Shown here in pieces: positions 54,133 to 64,000 of a stretch of DNA of 64,000 nucleotides. This DNA is from Eledone cirrhosa. Taxonomy: Eukaryota. The DNA lies in contig OZ024740.1 in assembly GCA_964016885.1 (NCBI GenBank), positions 231,322,001 through 231,386,000 of the forward strand, read 5' to 3'. A program made the position numbers and the translations under genes. The notes beneath the pieces were generated by a model. It had not been told where the DNA came from. It saw only the letters and a list, made by a program, of their open reading frames with translations, and searched no databases. The stretch's first letter is position 1. Each line of letters starts with the position of its first letter.

Positions 54133-54360
54133 TAGGGAACAAAGAATCAGTGTTGCATCAGATACATATTTAATCACATATTACATGTTTCAATGCTGAT
54201 CAGCTCAAGGAACGATTGATAATGTTTGTTCCTGACTCTGGAATCGAAAGCTCCTCAGACATGTGTTCTCACATGTAGACTCATGTCCAAAATGGCAGTG
54301 GAACATATGTAATATGTGATTAAATATGTATATGATGCAACACTGATTCTTTGTTCCCTA
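54133..54360. mobile_element. Penelope-type foldback with ~55-bp arms enclosing a hammerhead
   Basis: tagggaacaaagaatcagtgttgcatcagatacatatttaatcacatattaca and its reverse complement ending ttgttcccta. Confidence 0.7.
54175..54265 (-). ncRNA. Type I hammerhead motif with intact core and 60-nt helix II domain
   Basis: CACAUGU-CUGAGGA-[60 nt]-GAAAC-AU-GUA^AUAUGUG. 7-bp helix I with one G-U; palindromic ACAUGU helix III. Confidence 0.65.
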
Positions 54361-55074
54361 ATCATTATTGTGGGATTGGCAGTATAAGGTGGTGGATTGG
54401 CAGTATCGGTAGAGGTTCGGACGCCATGCTTTGATGCATAGAGTTACGGCCCTTGCCATTCTGAGTTCAAATCCCGTCGAGGTTAACTTTGCCTTTCATC
54501 CTTACGGGGTCGATAAAATAAAGTACCAGTAATGCACTGGGTAATTGCTGGCCTTGTGCCAAAAATAGAAACAATTATTATGTGTGTGTATGTATGTGTA
54601 GTAAATGACTGATAATTATTTTTAAAAGCTGGTACAATGTGGTAGAAAATACAAAGGGAAAATGATGGTAAATAAAACAAAGCAAAGTAATGTTGTATCT
54701 GGTGTATTATGGCATGATATTTCAGGGCTAATATTCTCTTTTTAGATGCAGGGCTAAAACATTCACAGATAAAAAAAAAAACAATTTGAGTTTTCTTCTG
54801 TAACTGGTCCTATGTGTTGGAAAAATGTATGTGCATGCACGGGGTAGTAATAATTCTGTCTCATGCATTTCTGACCTACTTTATTTCTGCTCTTATCGGC
54901 TAATTAAAATGGCTTCCTTAATTCTCAAATTTCCCATATTCCTTTCACTCATTTCTACCATCATTTGCCCTTTGTACTGTTGTTTTAAACAAACTTATTG
55001 GTCCTTTACTACATGTCTCACACTACTATATATATATATATATATATACTCACTCATCTTCATCTTGATATATA

Positions 55075-55395
55075 TATGGCTTAGTGGTTAGAGCATTGAG
55101 CTTGCAATCAAAAGGTTGTGAGTTCAATTCTCAGACTGGGTGATGTGTTGTTTCCTTGAACAAGACACTTTATTTCACATTGCTCCAGTTTACTCAGCTG
55201 TAGAAATGAGACCCCAGTCCCTATCATTCCACTGCAAAGTGGTCGTGGAGGTGCCACGGCAAAAAAGCACCCAGCACTCACTGTAAATGAGGTTGGTGTT
55301 AGGAAGGGCATCCAGCTGTAGAAATCAAGCCAGAATCGGTTCCCGTCCCACCCTTGCAAGCAGGGAAAAAGCAGATGTAAAATGATGATGATGAT
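55075..55395 (+). mobile_element. tRNA-headed SINE with RTE tail
   Basis: tggcttagtgg A box, gagttcaattc B box, RTE 3'UTR and (GAT)n. Confidence 0.88.
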
Positions 55396-55401
55396 ATATA
55401 T

Positions 55402-55655
55402 GTTTAAATATTTGGAAGCCCAACAATGTGAGCGAGGTTAAAAGTGCCAAGGTAATAAGTGTTATAGAAAATAAAAGGACTGAGAAAAGAATGAGAATGG
55501 TAGAATTTTACCTTAGCAATTTTGAAGATCAATAAAATTGCTAAGATTAAGTTCTACCATTCTCACTCTTTTCTCAGTCCTTTTATTTTCTATATCTCCT
55601 ATTACCTTAGCACTTTTAATCTCGCTCGTATTGTCGGACTTCCAAATATTTAAAC
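55402..55655. repeat. Palindrome with ~120-bp arms and a ~10-nt loop
   Basis: gtttaaatatttggaag...ccttagcaatttt / aaaattgctaag...cttccaaatatttaaac. Confidence 0.9.
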
Positions 55656-55934
55656 TTATTTAAATTTGTATTTCTTATTCAACAATGCTTCAAGCAAACT
55701 ACAACACTTTGTTATATCTACACATATATATGTGCGTGTGTGTGTAGATATGTACACAGATAGACACCCATATGGCCTCAGCCACTCAGCTGGAACAGAA
55801 ATAAATTAATAAAAATGTTTTTACCTGTCTACTTAATCACTCATTATTGTCACATTCTGTGCTATGATATTGTCCCAATTTTTGGGGTCCTTCGCTTAAC
55901 TCATTCTTCTCTCTGTATATTTGTGTCCTGCCAG

Positions 55935-56030
55935 CAGATGGGAAAAAATGCCTCAAAACAGAAGAATCATATTCTTCACATACAACATCATGTTGTCATG
56001 CAAACACACTGCCAGGCCGAACTTTTCTTG
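55935..56030 (+). CDS. SLC66A2: SLC66A2/PQLC1 96-nt symmetric (phase 1-1) exon, probable cassette
   Basis: Pyrimidine tract, ctgcCAG|CAG acceptor and cttG|gtatgt donor. In the frame set by the previous exon it reads ADGKKCLKTEESYSSHTTSCCHANTLPGRTFL with no stop. Confidence 0.72.
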
Positions 56031-56507
56031 GTATGTAGTTGTATGGTATTAGAACTTCCATGTTTGCACTAGCAGGAATGTGTTTCTCTTTCTTTCTCTC
56101 TTTCTTTTTACTCACCTGCCTTGACCTTAAGGTTTTTGTGTTTTTGTTTTGTTTTTCATTTGACCTTTAATTCTTGTGTATTGTGTGCCTTCTTATAGTC
56201 TTGTCCTTATACCTTCGCCATTCTATAGAAAACCCATGATGTCCCTTAGCAACTCTTGTTTTGTATATTAAAACTAATTTATATCAAAAAGATTAACAAT
56301 AATCAAATTATTATTATTATTGTTATTTGTTTATTTATTTATTTTGTGAATTATAAAATACTCACTTGCCGACTCCTTACCTATAACCTATAGTACTATT
56401 GTTATTATTATTAGTGGTTGTAGTAATAGAAGTAGCAGCAATATATATTATGTATATATTTTTTTTTATAAAATACAAAATAATATAAAATATAATTTGT
56501 ATATAGA

Positions 56508-56508
56508 A

Positions 56509-56541
<33 letters not shown>

Positions 56542-56785
56542 GTTGCTGCTGCTGCTACTACTACTGTTGCTGCTACTACTACTGTTGCTACTGCTAGTAT
56601 TAACTATTACTAAGATTATTGTTTTCTTTAGCCCCACCTCACCACTAAACCACCCCACCCTAACCTACACCACTCTCCATTCCACCACCACCACCACTAC
56701 CACAACCACCTCTACCACTACAACCCACTACCACAACCATCACCACAACCATCACCATCACTATCACCACAACCACCACCATCAC
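56508..56785. repeat. Compound (CTA/CTG)n and (CAC)n microsatellites
   Basis: Directly visible trinucleotide runs. Confidence 0.9.
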
Positions 56786-57492
56786 TGTTTACTGCTTCTG
56801 TTTGTACTGTTATTATTAGATGATATAGATTGCATGATAGAAACAAGATTTACCCATTTATTTCCTTACTACTTCTACTACTACTCACCAAGCCTTGCAG
56901 TTTAATCAAATTATCAATGCAATGAATAATTCTTTTCATTGATATAACTACATGAATTTGTTGAATTATGTATTTACTTTTCTATATCTTCTACTTTATT
57001 TTCTCTGCTTCATCTGACTGTTTGTGCCTATACTTACACAAAAATACTATTTTCTAACGAAATATCTATTTTACATATTATTATTATTATTATTATTATT
57101 TTGCTGTATCAAGTATATATTTTATCGTGGTGAATTTATCACTTGTTATTCTAATTTCAATTAAATATTTATTAATATTTTCTAATGAAATGTTGGATCT
57201 CATGCAAAAAAACAAACAAAAGAAAAAAAAACAGTATTTTATTCAATTGGCAAAATATATTTAAATGTATATATATAAAGGATAAAGACCCCCTTCAGTC
57301 ACAAATGACCATGGGATTTGCACCTAGAAAGTTCCTCTCCAAGGCACAAGTCCGGGCAAGATTGTTTGTAGAAGATCAGCAGTCGCCCAGGCATTCCACA
57401 CCACTAATGTTGACCAAGGGAAAGGCGATGACTGATACAACTTGGCACCAGTGACATTGCAACTCATTTCTACAGCCAAGTAACAGATGCAT

Positions 57493-57570
<78 letters not shown>

Positions 57571-58251
57571 GTGTGTGTGTATGGTGCGTCATGTTCTTAA
57601 GCAAGACACTTTATTTCACGTTGCTCCTTCTACCTGGAGTTGTGACTGATAGATAGTATTAGCAATTGGAAAGACCAATGGAAACATTGTTACCTCGGTC
57701 CGATTTGACAAAAATCAATCGACTATATATATGTGTATATTCTTTTTTTTGACACTCAACAAGATCCCAGACCTCATTTGCTTACTGAGTGGGTAGCAAC
57801 TCATCAAATTGGACCAGGGAAACAATGTCACTATTGGCCTTTCCATTACTGATACTATCTACCAATCACAACTCTTGGCAGAAAGAACACTGTGAAATAA
57901 AGCATCTTGCTCAAGGACATAGTGCATCACCTTGATTGGGACTCACAACCTCATGATTGCGAATCCAATTCTTTAATCACTAAATTGGCAGAGTCAGTAG
58001 AATGTTGAATAGAATGTTTGCAATATTCATTCTAGCTCTCTCCACTCTCTCAGTTCAAATTCTACTGAAGTCAGTTTTGCCTTTCATCCTTTTGGGGTTG
58101 ATAAATAAAGTACCAGTCCAGTACTAGAGTCGATTCTTCCTCTATACCTCTTTCTCACTTCCTCTCTTTCTTTCTTCAGGCAGGTGAATGGGTGCTACCA
58201 AGTTTAAATGTCCAAGACATGGCATATGTCACAATGGGGCCATGATGACAC

Positions 58252-58294
<43 letters not shown>

Positions 58295-58649
58295 TGAAGG
58301 CACACGGCTTAGTGGTTAGAATGTTGGGCTTGCAATTGAAGTTGGACCGGGTGATGTGTTGTCATTGAGTAAGACACTTTATGTCGCATTGCTCAGTTCA
58401 CTCAGCTGTAGAAATGAGTTGCAATGTCACTGGTGCCAAGCTGTATCAGCCATTGCCTTTCCCTTGACCAACATTCGTGGTGGGGAGAGGGAAGACTGGT
58501 ATACATGAGTGACTGCTGGTCTTCCACAAACAAACCTTGCCCAGGCTTGTGCCTTGGAGGGAAACTTTCTAGGTGCAAAACCATGGTCATTAGTGACCGA
58601 CGAAGACCTTAAAATATATATATATAATATATATTTATATCAAAGAATT

Positions 58650-59105
58650 GAAATAGAAATAGAAGCGTCACCATAACATTGACTACATAATATAGTCTAT
58701 TAATAGGGTGTATAAACTCACTGAATAGAAAAAGATGGGTTTATACCAGTCATGGGCAACCTGTGGCCCGCGAAGCTTTCTGAATGGCTCGCCTAAGTCA
58801 CCAAAGTGAAATCTTTCTGATTTTTTTACCCCAACTTTTCAGTCGTAATTTATCTTTCTATCATTTTTTACAATCGAGGAAAACAACATGTACAAATTTT
58901 GAAGAAACAAATCAAAACAACCTGAGTTACCGCCCTTTTTTTTTATGTGAGCACAAATGTAAATTAGCACTTGCGGCCCCGCCTGATGATGAGCCATATC
59001 TCATGCGGCCCACTTCTCGAAAAAGGTTGCCCATGCCCGGTTTATATGCTACATTATTAGACTATATTATATAGTCAATGTTACGGTGAAGCTTCTATTT
59101 CTATC
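58650..59105. repeat. Foldback with ~65-bp arms, interrupted by a hAT MITE
   Basis: atagaaatagaagcgtcaccataacattgactacataatatagtct / agactatattatatagtcaatgttacggtgaagcttctatttctat. Confidence 0.8.
58747..59039. mobile_element. hAT (Buster/Charlie-type) MITE
   Basis: TIRs cagtcatgggcaacct / aggttgcccatgcccg; 8-bp TSD gtttatac / gtttatat with central TA. Confidence 0.85.
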
Positions 59106-59851
59106 ACAATATACAGTATATATTAATAATTTATTGAACATCTTTTCAGAATAACTTTTTAAACTGTTCTTTTTAATATTATATTTTTATTTTTTTCAAT
59201 AAATTATAGTTTTAATTGTTATCTTGTTTCTTTAATCCTTTTAATACCAACTCACCTGAAACCACCCCTGGTTCTATAATATAAAATTGCTCATTTTAAA
59301 GTGTTCATACTTATAATATTCCATCATAATTTTATTTAAGAAACTTTTGTTAAGTAATATTCCACAATCAGTTTATTAATAAAAAAAAGGTGATATATTT
59401 CAATAAATTTCTACAATTTTTAAAATTATTATTTTTAAAATTAATTGAAACATCAGTTGTGTACTCCATTATAAATATGGTGGCAAAGGTCTGTGTATCT
59501 AAGATGGATTGTTATGGCATGCATGAATTTAGATGGATAATTATTGAAAACTAAGTTGAAATATAAAAAATGTAATCTTAAATGTTTGATATTTTATTTG
59601 AAATTTAAATTTTACTTTTGTTTTAGAAATTTTATTGACACCCAAGTACTTGAATTTACCTGTATTGATGTTTATTTTGTTTATTGTGTTTTTTTTATTA
59701 CTTTTTTTATTACTTTGACTAGATAATTAATGAATATTACATAATTTATCTACTCAATTTTGTAACAAATGATTAATCATAAATAATTTTATTGCATATT
59801 TCAAGATTAACTTCTTTTAAAAGATTCAAATTTCAATACTTCCGGTTTATT

Positions 59852-59947
59852 TACAAGACAGACAGTTTGTTTCTCGCTTGTGAGCGTTTATCAAGTGTGT
59901 GGTCTTGATAAACGCTCACAAGTGAGAAACAGACTGTCTGTCTCGTA
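59852..59947. repeat. Hairpin with a 44-bp stem and 8-nt loop
   Basis: tacaagacagacagtttgtttctcgcttgtgagcgtttatcaag-tgtgtggt-cttgataaacgctcacaagtgagaaacagactgtctgtctcgta. Confidence 0.92.
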
Positions 59948-60510
59948 TCATATAAAAATTGGCGACGAATTGGCAGAGTCATCAGAATGTTGGATAGAAT
60001 ACTTTGCAGTATTCATTTTGGCTCTTTACTCTCTGAGTTCAAATCCTGACACAGCCAACTTTGCCTTTCATCCATTCAAGGTTAATAAAAAAAGTACCAG
60101 TCCAGTACTTGGGTCGATTCTTCCTCTATATCTCTTTCTCACTTCTATTCTCTCGCTCTCTCTATCCTTCTCTGGAAGAAATCTGTTGTGATCAGACTTG
60201 GAGAGGGATGGGAAATGCCAGGTTTTAAAATGCCCTAAAAATGCTGTATGTCAATATGCACCTCTATGGAACCTTACATGCAATATCACATAATGCAACA
60301 GATATTTAACTTGCAACAGCTTAAATGGAATATTAACAGCATCAATCTCACTAGTTTTGAAGGCTATGGGTACTGCCTTTCCTCAAGACTTAACAAATAA
60401 AAAAACATAAAAAATATGTGTTAAAGAGAAAATATTAATTGATGGTCAATAGCATTTTTTTTAACAAGTGAAAGACATATATTTTTTATTATTGTGGCAA
60501 ATAAAGAAAT

Positions 60511-60918
60511 CTTATTCTTCTTATCGTATGACATATTGAGATTGGTGAGCCTGACTAAGGTGTCATTTGTAGTATTATGGATTACTGCCAGGCTGCCAGG
60601 AAAACGTCTGAGGGGGCAATCCTGAACAACATGCAACACTGGCTGGTCAGGCTCCCCACAGTCACATGCTGGGCTGTCTTTCATTTTCCATCGATGGAAA
60701 TGATGAGCTGTCCTGGCATGTGTTGTGTGGATCTGATTAAGGGTCATCCATTGCGTTCTAGTAAGATCAAATCCTGCTGGTTTAGATGTGGGGTCCTGGA
60801 CGAGGTCTTGGTTGGCAAATTTGGGCTCATTCCATGATCTTTACCACTCTTCCTTCAGATCAAAGTTATTTGAAGGATCTTGAAGGGTTTTCATTGATTT
60901 CCAGAATGGTTTGCGTGA
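60511..60918 (-). mobile_element. Ingi/Vingi-like LINE 3' fragment with CCHC knuckle
   Basis: TLNQIHTTHARTAHHFHRWKMKDSPACDCGEPDQPVLHVVQDCPLRRF; clade assignment is tentative. Confidence 0.6.
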
Positions 60919-61222
60919 ATAAAGAAATAATTATTTACAGATAGTTTGGTTCTTACTCTCAGGCCTTGAATAATCGTCCCCCCCCCCCAGCTTATTAATT
61001 TTTCAAATTTTCCCCATCCCCTGCACAATTATTCCACCATCCTATGATAATTAATTTTCTTTAGACATTAAAAAACATACATGACAAAAAAAAGAACATT
61101 ACAAGAAATGTCATGTCATAAAATAAATAAGATAGGTCAGGGTCTCAAAATGTAAACTAAACGACTAATGCTGGTTTTTAAAAAATCAAGGGAGACAACC
61201 TAGAAAAATTATAGATTTTCGA

Positions 61223-61253
<31 letters not shown>

Positions 61254-61401
61254 ATTATTTGGACTTGAGGATAATTGTTTTGATTTAAAATTCTTCTAGA
61301 ATCCATTTTCCTTTTCACCTACTATCCACTCCTACAAAAAAGTAACGAATTACTCATATACTTTGTTGATTTGTTGAAAGAAATCTTCATTTATCTAATA
61401 T

Positions 61402-61615
61402 GTGGTCAGCTCTGGTGTGTTGCAGCTAACTTATAACATGTGGCCAACTCTTGTATTGAGGCTAACTTTTAACATGTGGCCAGTTCTGTTGTGCTGAGGC
61501 TAACTTCTAATATGTGGCCAGCTCTGTTTTTTTGAGGCTAACTTCTAACATGTGACCAGCTGTTGTGTTGAGGCTAACTTCTAACATGTGGCCAGCCCTG
61601 TTGTGTTGAAGCTAC
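61402..61615. repeat. About 38-bp minisatellite x5.5
   Basis: tgtggccagctctgttgtgttgaggctaacttctaaca units. Confidence 0.88.
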
Positions 61616-62839
61616 TTTTGTGAAGAATATCTGTTATTGGAGTTTGATTTGCAAATAAAAATGTTTCTCTTACATTGCTAATTCAGATGAGAATTAACAA
61701 TATTATGTGAATGTTACACTATCTCTTCCTGACCCCTCCCTAGAATATCTCAAACTTTATCCCAATAAAAAAGGTATATATTTTACTAAAAGCATGTGCT
61801 TCATTAATAGCTTCCTAATTCATTTATCTTTCCCTCTTTTTATAACTTATGACACTAAATGTATAAATATTTTAATAGTAATATCAGGATTTGCCTGGTA
61901 TTTATTTTAACACTTTAAAATAGACTTCTCATTGATATTAAATATTATAAGCATTAATGTGTGACTGGAAACAGAAACAGACCCACTAATGTGATTCAAA
62001 CCATTGCAGTTATCAATTATATTACAGAGTACCTGCCATTCCTTCATCTCAAATAGGGGTACTGTAAATTGTTCTTTTATTATTGCCTCCATCATCCTCA
62101 TCATCATCACCATTTTCCTTGCATTTTTCATGTTGGCATGGGTTATATAAGTTGACATGGTTGGAGACTAGACACATCAGATAACCATATGTTCCATTTT
62201 GGAATGGTTTCTATATCTGGATAATCTTCTTAATGCTAACCACTTAACAGAATGTACTGGGTGCATTTTATTGTGGCACCAACACTACCACTTTTCATAG
62301 TGCCCTGGGTACATTTTATCATAGAACTAGGGGAAAGGAAGGGGGTGGGGGCTGTCATAAACCTGTCAAGACTAAAGAGTCCTCTCTACCCTATATTGTC
62401 TCCTTTCAATCACCTTACATGTGATATGTTGTTCAAATCCCATTTGTACACCTGTTTTTTTTTATTCTTGTCTCTAATTGGTACATATAATATCAGATAC
62501 TATGTTAAAATCTTTGTAATTAATTCCTAATACTTCGTATGTATAAACATAATATCTTCTATTTGCCTAATTATTTATTTTTAAAGATCTTTAATTATTC
62601 AATGCTAACAATTAGAAACATTAAAACAATTATCTGTTTTTTTCATTTAATTTTTTACCAAAAATCTTTTATTAATGTAATCTTTTCTGGACCATTTTCA
62701 TAGTCATTTACTGAACACCATATTTCTTCTTTATGATTTAAAATACTTGGGATTAAATCTTGGAAGCTAAAATCAGCATATTTTTGTCAACTAACTTAAT
62801 ACCATATTGCTTTTGATAAATAAGGACAACACTATATAT

Positions 62840-63228
62840 CATCATCATCATCATTTTATGTCCGCTTTTCCCTGCTTGCAAGGGTGGGAGGGGAACTGAT
62901 TCTGGCTTGATTTCTACAGCTGGATGCCCTTCCTAACACTAACCTCATATACAGTGAGTGCTGGGTGGTTTTTTTCCATGGCGCCTACACATTCACTTTA
63001 CAGTGTGGGCTGGATGCTTTTTTTTTTGCTGTGGCACCTCCACGACCACTTTGCAGTGGAATGATAGGGACCCCAGTTCCTATCATCTCATTTCTACAGC
63101 TGAGTAAACTGGAGCAGTGTGAAATAAAGTGTCTTGCTCAAGGAAACAACATCACCCAGTCTGAGAATTGAACTCACAATCTTTCGATTGTAAGGCCAAT
63201 GCTCTAACCACTAAGCCATGTGCCTCCA
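62840..63228 (-). mobile_element. tRNA-headed SINE with RTE tail
   Basis: Same family as 1561-1906, with one extra ~48-bp tail module. Confidence 0.88.
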
Positions 63229-63270
63229 TTATATATACATATATAAAGGGTTTGATGATGATATATATAT

Positions 63271-63967
63271 ATCATCACCGTCATCAACGTTTAACATTCA
63301 TTTTCCCATGCTAGCATGGATTAGACGAGTTATCTTGTGAACAATACCAGATCAGATGACCATGTCTTCTTCATACAAAACTGATTTTGGCTAGGTTTCT
63401 ACAGCTGGATGCCCTTCCTAGTTCTAACCTCATTTACAGTGAGTACATCTACACGACCACTTTACAGTGTGGGCTGGAGGCTTCACTGAATATATACTTC
63501 AGCCTGTCCTTATGGGAGATGTATGGGAGCGGCTGGGGTGGTGCATACTATATATATATATATATATATATGCTTCAGCTTCGGCCTGTGCCTGTGGGAA
63601 GTCAGGTCTTCTGTATTACTGTGTAATGGTCCCGTGTCATCACCTTTGAGAGGTGCAATTGGGCAAGGTCGGCTTTTATCACCTCATCCCAAGTCTTCCT
63701 GGGTCTCCCCACTCCGTGGCTTCTATCGACTTTGAGTGCTCTGCACCTTTTTATACAGCTGTCATCCTTCATATGTATCATGTCCATACCAACGTAATCT
63801 CCTCTGCTGCACACAGCATCTGATTCCTCTTATGTCTAGTTTCTCTCTCAGTTCATTTATGCTTTGCCATTCACATATATTACTATTACACATCCATCAG
63901 AGCATGCAAGCTTCATTTCTTTCCAATCTATGCAAGTCTTCTGCACACAGCGCCCAGGTCTCACCAT
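63271..63967 (-). mobile_element. RTE LINE 3' fragment
   Basis: MKDDSCIKRCRALKVDRSHGVGRPRKTWDEVI plus 3'UTR. Confidence 0.9.
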
Positions 63968-64000
63968 TATTACCTCAAATTGCTGACCTTAATCGGTAGA

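Noticed and set aside
55075-55140. tRNA genes at SINE heads
   Set aside because: Only A/B boxes are recognisable, I could not form a cloverleaf, and they run into SINE bodies.
55815-56072. 85-aa ORF as a stand-alone gene
   Set aside because: It overlaps the proposed exon in a different frame; splice phase from 47677 dictates the ADGKK...RTFL frame.
56031-64000. Next SLC66A2 exon (expected to start DF..FW.W)
   Set aside because: No AG-bounded segment with this translation was found by eye; it probably lies beyond the window.

Overview
Eukaryotic, AT-rich, repeat-dominated DNA. The SINE and RTE-LINE landscape suggests a coleoid cephalopod, probably an octopod (inference). One host gene is supported: SLC66A2/PQLC1 on the + strand, with coding exons at 39217/39232-39449 and 47541-47677, plus a 96-nt frame-preserving exon at 55935-56030 that the ORF track translates in the wrong frame. 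I found no later exons, so they probably lie beyond the window. Most of the rest is mobile DNA: RTE LINEs with a PHD-type finger after the RT, their tRNA-SINE partners, an R4/Dong-like element, HERO-like and Ingi-like fragments, a Penelope-like element, Helitrons, mariner, hAT and piggyBac-type MITEs, and mini/microsatellites. The most notable hidden signal is six hammerhead-ribozyme-like loci. One (1336-1417, -) is fully canonical, several have enlarged helix II domains, and most sit in Penelope-type terminal repeats or foldbacks. There are also many long intronic hairpins that would form dsRNA. All calls were read by eye with no searches, and repeat boundaries are approximate.
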